Below, in pieces: positions 13,790-27,099 of a DNA stretch of 64,000 nucleotides (its first letter is position 1; each line of letters starts with the position of its first letter). The notes beneath the pieces were generated by a model. It worked only from the letters and a program-made list of their open reading frames with translations, did not search any database and was not told the origin of the DNA. The stretch comes from Blasia pusilla (Eukaryota). Where the stretch lies: assembly GCA_050084515.1 (NCBI GenBank), contig CM114271.1, positions 48,980,001-49,044,000 on the forward strand, written 5' to 3'. The position numbers and the translations under genes are program-made.

Positions 13790-15065
13790 GGACATGGACG
13801 GGATATATGGGGCCATGAAGGGCCCACGACGATACTCGGGTACAGTGGGCACCATTGAGTTGGAGGACTTCATGCAGAAGTTTGATACGTGGTGTGATAT
13901 GCAGATGTTGCGGAACGCCACGTTGTTTACACCTTTCTTGGCTTGGAAGGGGTTGTTTCAGCACTTGGAGGGACCATCCATGGATGATTACCATGAGTTT
14001 AGGAAGGACCATGTTGCTCAGATTGAGGCGTGGAGATAATATTGGTTTCCAGGCTATGTGTCTATCACCCATGGTAGTATTGGTAGTATTGCTCCTACTA
14101 TGCCAGCCAACCCGACGTTGAGTGGTACGAGTACGAGCCGGAGTGGGGATACTAGTGGAGGTACCCATAGAGGTACCAGTGGGGGTACGAGTGGAGGTAT
14201 TAGTGCCCCATCATCGTTCAGCCCAGTTGCAGAGTTCTTCAAGAGGTTGAAGAAGAACTATTAGGGAGTGAAGACAGAGAAGTTGAGGAGTCTTCAGGAA
14301 TTTGAGCGAAAGACTAGTGAGAGTCTTTGTGAGACATACACTCGTATGCGATGCTTGATTTTGGTTACCCAGGGTGTGATTGAGGCTCAGGCAGTCCAAT
14401 TTTGGTATGGGATCTTGGACAGAGAGTTACGCCATAGGATACGTGATGTTGCTCTTATGAATGATGATTCACCCACATTGACCCATCTGTTTGCTCTATC
14501 TGAGAAGATTGAGCTTAACATGGTGAAGGAGAGAGTGGTGACATCCGCATTCAGTAAGGATACAACTACTACTTCTCATGTTCAGCAGTCCACCTCATAG
14601 TCTCGTAGTAGTGGTGGTGGTAGTAGTACTGGGAGTCGTGGGGGGTATACACGACCTCAGTCAGGTCCTAGAGGGACACTTGCGCAGAGACCATTGCCTT
14701 CATTTGCTCCCCCACAGCAAGGACAGTCATGTTGGACATATGGAGGTGATGTTAGGAAGTTTTGTCCCCAAGAGGATGGGAGACGGACTTTGGAGGATGG
14801 GCCTCAGTCGGCCCCAACTCAGTGTGATCATTGCGGGAGACCAGGTCATCCTCGAGAGCGTTGCTTTGATCTTCATCCAGAGTTGAGATCAGGCCGCGAC
14901 CGTGGTGGAGTAGCTCCGAGAGGCCGAGGTGGTAGAGGTGGTAGGGATGGTAGAGGTGGACCAGTGGTTGGAGAGCCTACAGTGGCTACCCCTACCACTA
15001 CGACAGAGTCGACTATGGTCGCCAGATTGAGCTTGATTGGAGCAAAAGTTCGCTACTATGGCTAG
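13790..15065 (+). pseudogene. gag: gag of copy B (capsid-like region, CCHC zinc knuckle, GRG-rich tail)
   Basis: ORF fragments 13569-14039, 14268-14600 and 14694-15065 with a CX2CX4HX4C knuckle; homologous to 21500-22740. Confidence 0.85.
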
Positions 15066-15679
15066 TATCCAGCATAGATCAAGTTCGGGAGCAGGGACTT
15101 CCACCTCTTATGGAGGGGATGATCTCTCTTATATGGCGAGTGCAGCATAGGTTGAGGCATGAGCTGCAGTTACAAGAGGAGCCACTCGAGCGTCAGAGCC
15201 ATGTGGTGCTACTGTGGAGTTGGACCCCAGAGGGGTGAGGTGGGAGGCGTGCTAGGCTTCCCAGTCATTCTTGTTGTCTCGAGGTGCTTAGGACTCCATC
15301 CATGGTTCCTACACAACCTATTGAGCCGGCAAAGTGGGGATCGAGGCATCTACATCGCGTCAAAGAGACACGGATGCAAAGATCAAAGGCAAGATTGCGG
15401 ATGGCAACTTCGGTGTTGGGATCCCCATTGTTTTCGGCCACGAAGGCGATGGCTTTAGGAGTTGACTTAGCTCCTGTATTTCAGCCAGCGACCACGTTGT
15501 GTGAACGTGGGGTGTTCTTGGTACACGTCTTTGAGGTGGATGAGGGTGTTGTTGGTGGAGCGACCCTCTATGTCGTGTAGCATTGAGTACCAGTGCTACT
15601 TGGCAGGCAGCAACGGCGAAGATGGATGCATTACCAGCCCGACCACCCATTGAATGTGAGAGGCTTACACTTGGTGTAT

Positions 15680-16100
15680 GTATGTTGGATAACCGAAGTG
15701 GGATATTCCAATTGGTGAGTCCTACAAGATAGGTGTATAGACCAGATACAGTCTTGTTAGACTCTGGTGCCCAACCTTTGATGTTGGGAAAGGCGGCATG
15801 TATTGGTTTGGATATTCGGAGGTCAGAGCTTGAGCCTTGCCCATTCCAGATTCAAACATCACTTGGAGGAGCCAATGATAGGTCTCAATTCATGACACGG
15901 GAGAAGTTTTCTGTACAGTTGAGACCAGATCATGCGACTGATAGCTCCCGATTGGGAGTACCTGCCGTGGTCACATCAGCCGAGTCGTATGATGTACTAG
16001 TTGGAGGAGCAATATTGTACCCGATGGGTTTTCAGATGGATTACTGGACTCAGACAATGTCTTATAGATCTGGTTGGAAGTCCGGGGATGGACGTATGAT
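15680..16100 (+). pseudogene. Retropepsin aspartic protease of copy B
   Basis: VLLDSGAQPLMLG (catalytic DSG) and YDVLVGG. The same motif occurs in copies C (23480), E (38715) and D (45798). Confidence 0.85.
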
Positions 16101-16485
16101 CCAAGTTCTTGTGAGATTTATTTATGGGGCTCGACCAGGAGGGTCTTCCCCAACGGTGTTAGCATCTGTGGCTAGTTTTAGTGGAGTAGTCACTTTCCCA
16201 GGAGACTTTTTGGAGGGTAATGTTTCTGCTATGGATTCTCCTATGGATGAGGAGGTAGAGGAGGTCCTTAGTTTTGCAGCAGTGGCATCCTCATCGTTGG
16301 ATGTGCCACTTTGGAGTTCAGGCGGTGCACTACGGCAGAAGGCTGATCGCCTAGTGGAGGAGGCTTGGTGTGAGGCTGCTATACCTCACGAGGAAGAGGA
16401 GGCCCCACGGCGGACTCCTACTTCTGGTCCAGTTGGGTTATCCCTTTTGGATACTAAACCCATTGTATGGCAGTATCCGCCGGAG

Positions 16486-17430
16486 GGCATTTGTGTGTTA
16501 GATTTCTTTGGTGGGATTAGCACTGGTTTGGTTTTTTGCGATGTTGCACGGTATTCTATCTGGAGATACGTGTATGTGGAGCGAGATGAGACGGCCTAGA
16601 GAGTCTCATCCCGACATATCGGTCAGTTGATGCGGAGATATCCTGAGTTGTTGCCACCATCAGCTATTCGTGGGTACTAGCGTGCTTTGCCGTCACACAT
16701 TGCATTGTTGGGGGCGCAGGACCTTGAGAGGGTTGGTCCTGTGGATTTGGTGATTGCTGGATGGCCATGCCAGGGTCATACACGTGTTGTTGGTGGTGAG
16801 GGATTACACGACCCTAGGTCTCGATTGTCTTGGGAGATGTCACGGATGTTACGACATCTTCAGGTTCATCAGGCGCGTGCTCCAACTTATATTTTGGAGA
16901 ATGTTCCATTGTTGGGTGACACTCGGACCCGGATGATGGCGAGTGTTCATGAGGTGTGGTCTTGAATTGGACCAGCAGTGTTGTTGGATGCAGCGCGAGT
17001 TGGCTTGCGTGCACATCGTCCACGCTTGTGGTGGACAAACTTGTTGCCTAGGGAGGTTCTACATCGAGCATATGATGCAGTGCAGCGGGATCCTTGCCTT
17101 ACAGTGGATAGTATCTTGGATACTGGGCGACTTTCTCAGGTGGTGAGGGTTATTGATTGGTCACCCATGGCAGTGGTGAACCGTGTGGGCCAGCCTAGGA
17201 TGGCACTACCCACATTTGTGAGTTTTCCCTCGTCACATGCCTACAGGGAAGGTAGTCCCGGGCTTGTATGGGATTCTCATGTGCGACAGTTGGTGGAGCC
17301 TAACGTTGATGAGAGAGAGCATGCGATGGGATTTGCTACTGGTGTGACAGCGGTTGCTTCCATTTTTGAGGCTTCACGTCGTCATGTGTTGGGTTAGGCC
17401 ATGGACTTGAATTGTTTGACTTGGATTTTG
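16486..17430 (+). pseudogene. C5 cytosine DNA methyltransferase domain (DNMT3-like) within pol of copy B
   Basis: In frame with the protease: motif I VLDFFGGISTG, II YVERD, IV DLVIAGWPCQG, VI YILENV, VIII AHRPRLWWTNL, IX ERE.AMGF, X RRHVLG*AMD. Disrupted only by point stops. Confidence 0.92.
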
Positions 17431-17712
17431 AGTCTTGGCATGGCCGAGCAGCGTCGACTTTGGACTATGTCTGTGGGTCTTCCACCCCTTGTGATGAGCT
17501 CGATGGCTACTGGGACGATAGAGGCATCGGCTGGGGGCGAGGAGAGTAGTATTTTGCATCCTTAGAGTAAATGGGATGTAATGGCTGGGCATGTGGAGTT
17601 GGTTGCTCATGCTTGTGGAGGAGTTATTTGCTCAGGTGATGGTGTAGCTAAGGGTGTGCTATCTTGTGAGGGGATTGCGTAGCAGCCAATTGAATCATCC
17701 TCTCTGTCTAGT

Positions 17713-19660
17713 GTGCCAATGGAGGAGACTTGGGAGCCATTACTTGGGCCCAAGCTTACGGGAGGTGAGAGACGACGCTTGACACAGTTCCTACGTGCTT
17801 ATAGGAGTTGTTTTGCCTTTAGCATGAAGGAGTTGGGTGCTTTGGTTGGACATGGTATACAGATTGATTTGGCTAGTGATACGCCAATCTTCCGTTGTCC
17901 CTACCGATATAGTGATATGGAGAGGGACCTGATTCAGAGTAAGACGTTGGACCTTTCGGAGGCTGGATTAGTGGAGTTGTCGCATGGAGAGTATGCATCA
18001 GTCATTGTCATGCCTGCTAAAAAGGATGTGCATGGCAACTACACGGATAGGCGGATGTGTGGAGATTACCGTCCTATCAATCGGTAGACCAAGGCTAATA
18101 GGTATGCCATGCCTACACCTGAGGAGATCTTTGATGTGGTGGGACAGGAAAAAAATTTCAGTACTTTGGATCTTCGGGAAGGATACCATCAGTTGCCGAT
18201 TCAAGAGAGTGATAAGGCCAAGACAACATTTTGGGGTGTCAACTCTCATGGCAAGGATTGTTTGTACCAGTGGAAATTCTTACCCTTTGGGTTGAAGAAT
18301 GCACCTGCCGAGTTTCAGAGAGTGATGGAAAGGATCCTAACGGGGTTGGATTTTTTTCGGTGTTACATTGATGATATCTTGGTGTTCGGTAACACGGTGG
18401 AGGAGCATCAAATACACTTGCAGATGGTGTTTGAGCAGTTGAAAGCTCATGGTCTACGTTTGCATCTAGGAAAGTGTAAGTTCTTCCATGAGGATGTTGA
18501 GTACTTGGGTCATGTGGTCTATCTAGGTGGTTTGGGAGTTCAGCAAGCAAAGATGGAGGCTACTGCACTTATTCCCCGTCCGGTAGATGTGAGTAGAGTT
18601 CGGGCATTCATGGGATTGGCGAATTACTATCGAAGGTATGTGAAGGGATTTGGTGCTATGGCAAAGCCTTTGAACCAATTGTTGAAATTAGATCAGGAGT
18701 GGCACTGGGGAGATGATCAGGAGAGAGCTTTGGTGGAGCTTAAGGCCCAGTTGGTGGCGGCGCCTATCTTGAGGAGACCTATCAAAAGGCGGCCATTTCA
18801 GTTACACATTGATTGGAGTAGGTTGGGACTTGGAGTGGTGTTGACACAACATGATGATGAGCACATGGAGTTTGTGGTGGCCTATGCAAGTCGTTCGAAT
18901 AGTGCAGCGGAGTCACGCTACAGTTCATATGAGGGAGAGTGCTTGGCAGTAGTGTGGGGTGTGGCACACTTTAGGTATTACTTGTTTGGCATAGAGTTTA
19001 CCCTTGTTACTGATCACCAACCGCTCAAGTGGTTGATGGAGTCTGACAAGCTTGCACGGTGGGCTCTTATCTTACAGGAGTATGACTTCCAGGTGGTACA
19101 TAGATCTGGAGTTGCCAACCTTGATGCTGATGGGTTGAGTAGGAACCCATGTACTAGCCAAGAGGATGCAACTGGGGCTAGATGGCGTGGCAAGGTTGAT
19201 GAGGAGATGGTGCCAGGTTGGCATGCATCCGCCTTTTTATGTTGGTTAGGAGTGGACTCTAGTATGGAGGACCACATGACATCTTACTCTAGTGAGAGGG
19301 TAGATGGCCAACCTTCAGATCCTAAGGTTGGAGATGGTGGTACGAATCAGCGTGATGTTCATGATGATGCGTTGGTGTTGGAGTTCCTACGTACCAGTAG
19401 GGTGCCAGGCATAGTGAGTGCCAAGGAGCGAGACCGTGTTCTTCAACGTGCTAAGAGGTATCGATTGGAGGGAACACATATTCTCTGTGTGTGGGAGGAT
19501 GGTAGAGTATGAGTAGTGCCGCATTTGGCTCAGAGAGAGCGCATTGTGCGACATGCCTATGAGGAGTTGGGACATTTTGGGGTAAAGCGTACGTATAGCT
19601 TACTCCTTGGTCAGTATTGGTGGCGTGGCATGCATACTCAGGTGCAGCAGTTGGTGTCAC
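17713..19660 (+). pseudogene. pol: Reverse transcriptase, RNase H and integrase N-terminus of copy B
   Basis: RRMCGDYRPIN, LDLREGYHQL, LPFGLKNAPAEFQ, CYIDDILVF, FMGLANYYRRYV, YSSYEGECLA, TDHQPLKWL, DADGLSR. Confidence 0.97.
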
Positions 19661-19663
19661 GTT

Positions 19664-20143
19664 TGTCACACCTGAGTAGCCGATAGGTCGAGATCTATCG
19701 TGGATAGGGCGTAGGAGCCAGCGGACTATCTTGAGTGTAACTTTGTCTCACGGTGTCGGATGAGGTTGAGGATAGGTCCACTATGTCAGGAACGTTGTTT
19801 CTGACAACTTTCATGTTGAGGTCTTTTACAATCGGGTGACTTGTTGACCAGGTCATCCGCCCCTGGTGACCTGTGCGCGCAAGTTACCAAGGGAAGGGCT
19901 TTTTTTAGGGGAAGAGCCTTTTGGCTCTTCCCAACCCTATATAAGAGAGGAAGATGGCTTTCCTAAGCCATCTTTCTCATGTTGGGCCGTTGGAGCACCT
20001 CCCTTGTATGTGTGTGAGCTAAGACTAGGGTGCTAGCGTCCGGATTCCTTGATAGCACAGGGTGGACAAGGCTCGATATGCCGATGTAGATTGAGGAGTG
20101 GAGTTTTAGGCCGGGTGTGCCGTTTTTACTACTCTTTATTTTT
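19664..20143 (+). repeat. 5' terminal segment (alpha) of copy C with TATA box and hairpin; PBS at 20144-20165
   Basis: TATATAA at 19938-19944; hairpin AAGATGGCTT-TCCT-AAGCCATCTT; perfect 22-nt inverted match between 19961-19982 and 20144-20165. Confidence 0.75.
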
Positions 20144-23100
20144 ACATGAGAAAGATGGCTTAGGATTGGTGGAAATTCGTTGTTTGCAGGTAGGCAAGCA
20201 AGTTGCCTTGGTCGGGAGCCCCTGGAGACGTGTGTGTGACGTTTTGTGTGTCATTAATCTGTTCGGAAGGCCGTGGGCGGAAGCGCTGTCCGTTTTTCTC
20301 AGATTTTGCAAAATCAGATGGGGGACAACAGCAAGGTGTAGAGCAGGTTGTGTCGGCAGGAGTAACGTCGTCTTATAGCTCGTGGAATGTCAGGAGTACC
20401 CAAGGAGAAGAGTTAGAGCTTGCAGCCGCCAGGGGGCTGTCAAGTAAAGCGTCCGGTCTAGGGTTAGGGCGCGGCGGCAACGGGCAGGAGCGGACGGGCG
20501 GCGACGGGCGCTGACGGGCGTGGAAGGGGGCGTGACGGGCGTGGACGGGCGCCCCCCTCCCTCCCTCTAACGTGGTAGAACGGACCATAGTCGGTCGGGG
20601 AGTTGTAGCGAACGTGGTTGGTAGGACGGACGAGGTTAGTCCGGCGAACGTGAGTTGAGATTTGCCCGACATGATTGGGAGCCGATCAGGGTGAGTCACG
20701 TTACATGCCGTGCGTGGGGATCGACAGAGGGGTTTGCGCGACATGATGTTTTTGGGGTGCGACAGGGCGTTGCGAGAGTTGACGATGGAGGGGCAGTGTG
20801 CATGATGTCGACGGGTTGTCCGCATCTATTGACGGGAGGATCGACGTGTTGGTCGAGGGGAGTGTTGTGTTGCGGAGATTGTCATATCATGTGGAGGAGT
20901 GCATGTTGACGGTGCAGCAGGTTGGAGGGCGTGATCAGGTTACCCATTCAAGTCCCTTTTCCCGCACTTGTCGTGTGTGATTGAGAGTGCTGGGTATCGG
21001 GTAGTAGCTGCTGCTAGATGGGTGTAGTGACGATGACGAGTGTAGATTCTTTTCATGTGTAGCATGTTGGAGGATATACGGCGGTTGCCGAGTAGGGGTC
21101 GCGTGTATGACCCGAGAGAGTGTCGCTAGGTTAGGTGAGTAAGTTGGGAGGCTCATGGTGAGCCCGAGTGTTGAGAGTGCGTGAGGCCGGGTATGTCATC
21201 ACGGGATTGATGTTAGCATAGGTGAGCTAGTGAGGCGTGTGGGAGACTCTCGGTGAGTCTGAGTGCTTGAGCGGGTGAGATAGGGTTTGTCATCACGGCA
21301 TTCTTCCAGGGTTCGGAAGAACGGGGTAGTGCGAGCAGTGGTAGTGGTGTGACACGGAGTGCAGTGAGATACCGAGGGGTTACCAATGAGGAGCTCCCTC
21401 GACATCCATCCGTGACTAGATCGTCATCACTGGACACTGGGTCTGGTGACGAGATCACCGACAGAGACAGTAGTACTTGGCAAGAGATGGACGACATGGG
21501 CCATCGGGGCATGCGTCGTTTCTCGGGTGCAGTGGGCACCATCGACTTAGATGATTTCATCCAGGAGTTTGACCATGGTGCGACTTCCAGGAGATACGGA
21601 CCCCGACACGGTTCAACCCTTTCATAGCATGGAAGGGGTTGTTCCAGCACTTGGAGGGTCCTCCGATGGATGACTACATGGAGTTTTGATCACTATATTC
21701 AGTAGAGATCGATGCTTGGAAGATGTATTGGGCTCTAGGGTATGTGTCCACTAGTGGTCGCGAGGCATATGATGGGATTGTGAGAGGAGAGAGACCCACA
21801 CCATCAGCCCGGAGACTAGATGGAGAGGAGGGCAGTGAGACAGGCGATGTGGCAGAGACCTCTGGTGGTAGAGGGCCACCCAGCTTCAGCCCCAGAGTGG
21901 AGTTCTTCCAACATTTGGGGAAGAGCTACCAGGGCGTACGCACCGACAAGCTGAAGAATCTACAGGATTTTCAGCGACGATCGGGTGAGAGTCTGAGAGA
22001 GGCATTCACACGCATGAGGAGGCTGATCATTGCTACGTTTGGAGTGATCGAGGCGATCGATCCTGTATTGAGTCTGGGATTCGGACCGAGAACTATGGAG
22101 GAGAGTCCGAGATGCAATGCTGATTCACACGGCGAAGCCCACATTGAAGGTGGTCTTTGAGTTGTCCGAGCGTATTGAGCTCAACATGAGTGAGGAGCAG
22201 GTAGTGACCGCTGGATTTTCTCGAGAGTCGACGGGTCCACGAGCGACGGTGACCCCACAGGTGCCACAGCGAGCACCAGTACCACGGGAGCGAGCAAGTG
22301 TGCCTAGAGAGCAGGGCGGGTACCGTGAGCCTATGAGGCAACGACCCGCACCTACATATGTTGCCCAACAAGGACCGATGTGGTCTTGTTGGACGTGTGG
22401 AGGGGCCCATAGGCACAGAGACTGCCCACAGCATGGGAGAGGACCACCAGCGCCTCCGATTGCTCAAGAGCCACAGAGGATGGCCCCACCACAGCACCAG
22501 TGTGACCATTGCCACAAATATGGTCACACTAGGGATAGATGTTTTGACCTTCGCCGAGGGGCACGTCCAGGTAGGCCGAGGGCCTGGGGGCGGTCGTCCT
22601 GGAGGAGGTCGAGGAGTTCTTCCTGGACGTGGTGGTAGAGGACCACCACCAGCCAGAGGAGATGGAGCAGGAGCACAAGAGCCGGCACTTCTCTCACCCA
22701 TCGATCAGTTGGAGCAGAGGATTGCTGGCATGACGATGATGTAGCTTAGGGAAGGCCCGGAGCTGCGAGCAGCTAGTGTGACTCCAGCTTCTACCTCTTA
22801 CCTTGACCCGGGTGAGGATCTCGCCAGTATGGGGTTTAAGTGTAGTGCAGCCTAGGTTGAGGCAGCTGCAGCGGTGACTTGGGGTGCTGCGAGAGGCACC
22901 GAGCCACCGAGAGGTGGAGTTGAGATTGACCCACCAGAGGGGACCGATGGGCGGTAGGCCAGGGTTCCACAGTCATTCACATTGTCGGAGGCACTACACA
23001 CACCATCAATGGTGCCTCGACGACCAGCGGTGCCTACATCTTAGGCACCTACGTCGACGTCATGAGGAGTTGGAGTGAAAACTCCTATGCCGGCTCGAGT

Positions 23101-24199
23101 GGAGTCAGTGTCGACCATAGTGTTGGAGGTGGCCACTAGAGTGAGTCAGACTCCACTATTTTCCCGCCATAGAGTTGGCGACGTTGGGAGTTGGACCAGC
23201 TGAGGTGTTTCGGCTGGCCGCCATGTTGTGTGAGCATGGAGAGATGACTGCTTCTTGTTCAGAAGTAGTTGAGGAGGTGGTGGACTTGCCCTCAGAGCCG
23301 GTGCTTGGGATGTTCCCCCACAGAGTCATGGCATACGGCGGCGGCGAAGTTGGTAGATACGCCAACTCGACCGACCATAGAGCGAGCAATGGTGACACCT
23401 GGAGTAGTGTTACTGGATAACCGAGCTGGAGTATTTCGCTTGGTTAATTTGACGGGGACAGTATACCACTCGCACCGCGTCCTACTTAATTCGGGAGCGC
23501 AACCCTTGATGTTAGGGAAGGCGGCGTGTTTAGCATTGGGGTTATGGAAGGCCGATATTGAGCCTTGTCCCTTCCACATACAGACCTCGATTGGGAGCGT
23601 GTCACCCACGCAATATATGACTCGACAGGAGATAGTTGTCAGAGTCTAGCCAGAGCATGAGACGGATAGTGCTATGGTGCGCACACGTGCGATTACAACA
23701 CCAGCTGAGTCGTACGATGTGTTGGTGGGGAGTACAGTTTTATATCCCCTAGGATTCATCCTTGACTTCTGGGAGGAGACCGTTGCTTATTGGCCAAGGT
23801 GTCGGTCAGGTGACGTCCAGATGAGTGAGTTACCCGTGCAGTTTGCGGGACGAGGTGGTCGATCACGAGGCAAGTCTGTGACCACATTGGCGGCTTTCAC
23901 AGGTAGTGTTAGCTGGCTAGGAGAGTTATTGGAAGGGAACGCACATGCGGAGGATGTCCTAGTAGCGGATAGTCCCACGGAGAGATAGGTCATGGCGGGT
24001 GTCTCTTCCCATATTGGCAAGACCTCTTCACCATTGTGGGGTACGACTCGAGAGCTATAGAGGCGTGCCGACGACCTCGTGAGGCAAGCATGGAGTCATG
24101 CTTTTATCCCGGAGCTACAAGAGTCACGTGGCGATCGGGCTCTTGGAGTGGAGACGATGACCCCACTAGATACCACACCTGTTGTGTGGCAGTGCCCAG

Positions 24200-25160
24200 A
24201 GGAGGGTGTTAGGGTGTTAGATCTCTTCGGAGGGATTAGCACCGGATTGGCTGCATTATTGTAGGCGGGCATACGGGTGCATCAGTACCTTTATGTGGAG
24301 AGAGATGAGTATCATTACGTCACATGGCGAGTATCATTACGTCACGTGGCGAGATTGGTCCAGAGGTATCCTGAGTTGTTGCCGGTATTTGCCGTTCGGG
24401 GATATCAGCATACACTACTTGCCGACAGCTCTTTGGTGGGGGCGCAGGATCTGGATAGAGTTGGCACCATTCACTTGGTGATTGGTGGATGGCCATGTCA
24501 GGGTCATTCATGAGCTGGCCGAGGATTTGGATTGCAGGATCCGAGGTCAGGGATGTTTTGGGAGATGCTGCAAGTAGTACGACACTTGCAGGAGAGTGAG
24601 ACATGTTCTCCAACGTACATTTTGGAGAACGTGCCATTGTTGGGAGACACTCGTATACGTGTGATGACGAATATGCATCAAGTGAGGTCTTGGTTGGGAC
24701 GTGCTGTGTTATTAGATGCGGCGAGAGTTGGATCACGTGCTCATCATCCGCGACTGTGATGGACGAACCTGATACCATCAGAGGTACTGAGTTGAGCATA
24801 CGATGGAGTCCACAGAGCACCACATCTCACAGTGGATGCTATTTTGGGCTCAGGGCGTCGATCTTAGGTGGTGACACGGGATGATAGACCACCGTTGGCC
24901 ATGGCCAATAGGGTGGGGGAGTTGAGGGCAACCTTACCTACGTTGGTGAGCTTCCCAGCATCCCATGCCTTTCGTCAGGGAGGGCCAGGCATGATTTTGG
25001 ATGAGGTGATTGGAGCATTGGAGGAGCCTACGACAGATGAGCGCGAGCGCGCCATGGGGTTCGCTACCGGTACTACGGCGGTGCCAAGGATGACTGAGGC
25101 ATCCCGGAGACAGGTGTTGGGGTAGGCGATGGACCTCAACTGTCTCACATGGATAGTCAG
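24200..25160 (+). pseudogene. DNMT3-like C5 methyltransferase domain of copy C
   Basis: VRVLDLFGGISTG, YVERDE, LVIGGWPCQGHS, YILENVP, SRAHHPRL*WTNL, ERERAMGF, RRQVLG*AMDL. Confidence 0.92.
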
Positions 25161-27099
25161 CCTAGGTATGGCTGAGCAGAGACGGATGCGAGTGTCATCC
25201 ATGCCGTCATGTCCACGAGTTGGACCATTGCCTACAAGGTCTGTACACGCATTGGTTGGGGGCGAGACGAGGAGAGATAAGCACCCATGGACTTCTTGGG
25301 ACGTCATTCGAGCAGAGAGTGCGAAGGCGGCTAGAGTAGCACATGTTCATTTTTTGGATGTGGAGCATGGTGTAGGAGGTCAGAGTGGAGTGGCTCTTGG
25401 GGAGGTGGCTAGGGTTGCTACATAGCAACCAAAGCCGGAGGTTGCGTCCTCTCCGAGTGAGGTCACAATCGAGACTTGAGAGCCTGTGATAGGTCTCAAG
25501 TTGATAGGAGGAGAGCGACGGTGAGTTCATAGGTTTCTAAGAGGGCATGTAAGTTGTTTTGCCTTCAGTATGAGAGACTTGGGTATGCTTAAGGGTCTCG
25601 GGATACGGATTGAGTTGGCTAGTGATACGCCGATCTTTCGTTGACCCTACAGGTATTCTGATATGGAGCGAGCCTTGATTCAAAGCAGGAGTCACGAATT
25701 GTTGGAGGTAGGACTTGTGGAGTTATCACATGGGGAGTATGCATCTACCATAGTCATGCCGGCGAAGAAGGATATGTATGGCAATTGGACGGATAGGCGG
25801 ATGTGTAGAGATTACCGTCCTATCAACCGACAGATGAGGTCACATCGGTACGCCATGCCTACTCATGAGGAGATCTTTGATGCAGTAGGACATGCGAAGA
25901 TCTTCAGTACTTTAGATCTCCATGCTGGCTATCATCAGCTTCCTATCAAGTTGGAGGACATCTCCAGTTCCACGGTTGAGGAGCATGAGCGACACTTGGA
26001 GGAGGTGTTTCGGTGATTGCAGTTACATGGACTGAAGTTACATCTACGCAAGTGCAGATTCTTTCAGAAGCAGATTGAGTACTTGGGACACACCATATAC
26101 CCAAGTGGGTTAGGCGTTCAGCAGACGAAGGTAGAGGCTATTGCACAGATTCCACGCCCTATAGATGTGAGTCAAGTCCGAGCATTTCTTGGACTGGGGA
26201 ACTTCTATCGACGGTATGTCAAGGGTTTTAGTGCGATCGCAAAGTCTTTGACCTTGTTGACGAGACTTGACCAGGTTTGGTTGTTGGGAGATGATCAGGA
26301 GCGAGCATTTCAAGAGCTCAAGGACAGGTTGACGTCCTCACCCATTTTACAGAGACCGGTTAGGGGTCGCCCATTCCCGTTACATACGGATTGGAGCATG
26401 TTGGGTCTAGGAGCAGTGCTTACTCAGAGGGATGACGAGGAGAGGGAGTTCGATGTGGCTTACGCGAGCCGATCGAGCAACATTGCAGAGGCAAAGTACA
26501 GCTCCTACGAGGGAGAGTGCTTGGCTGCAGTGTGGGCCGTGGCACATTTCAGGTGCTATTTATTCGGAAACCCTTTCACACTTATCATTCATCATCAGCC
26601 GTTGAGGTGGTTGATGGAGTCCGAAAAGCTTACAGGAAAGCTTGTCAGGTGGGCTCTATTACTACAGGAGTATGAGTTTGAGGTGGTTCATAGGCCAGGT
26701 CGGCTGAACTAGGATGCGGATGGGTTGAGTCGTAACCCATGTCCGAGTCAGAGAGACCACACAGGAGCTCGATGGCACGGAGGGAGTGATGAGGAGATGG
26801 TGCCCGGTTGGCATGCATCTGCCTATCTTTGTTGGTTGACTATGGCAGGTCAGCCACATGTGATGACTCCAATGGTGGGGTTGGATGATGAGTCTTTGGA
26901 TCCGGAGATTAGTGAGGAGGCGACACGTGGTCGTGATATCCATAATGACGTGGAGGTTGTGGAGTTCTTGTGCACTGGCGTCATAGCGAGTACAGTGAAT
27001 GCTAGGGAGTGGGATTGGATCCTACAGAGAGCCAGGAGGTTCAGGTGGGAGGGGACTCACATTTTGCGGGTATGGGGAGATGGTAGGATACGAGTGGTA

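Larger units (their letters stand above)
11787..19663 (+). mobile_element. Copy B: DNMT-carrying Ty3/Gypsy-like retrotransposon, 3'-truncated in the integrase HHCC domain at the start of copy C
   Basis: TGTCGTAG start. Domain order is gag (RRYSGTVGTIELEDF; knuckle CDHCGRPGHPRERC), PR (VLLDSGA), DNMT, RT (YIDD), RNase H (TDHQPL, DADGLSR), INT start (HAYEELGHFG). Many in-frame stops. Confidence 0.93.

Noticed and set aside
17395-17397. Programmed stop or readthrough at the TAG shared by B and C in DNMT motif X
   Set aside because: D has GAG and E has CAC at this codon; parallel CAG-to-TAG deamination is the simpler explanation.
16486-17430. Bacterial restriction-modification methylase or contamination
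   Set aside because: Embedded in frame in retrotransposon pol in several copies, between intron-containing plant genes; no partner endonuclease seen.
20470-20560. GACGGGCG short tandem repeats as a distinct element
   Set aside because: Low-complexity GC-rich part of copy C's leader with no further support.
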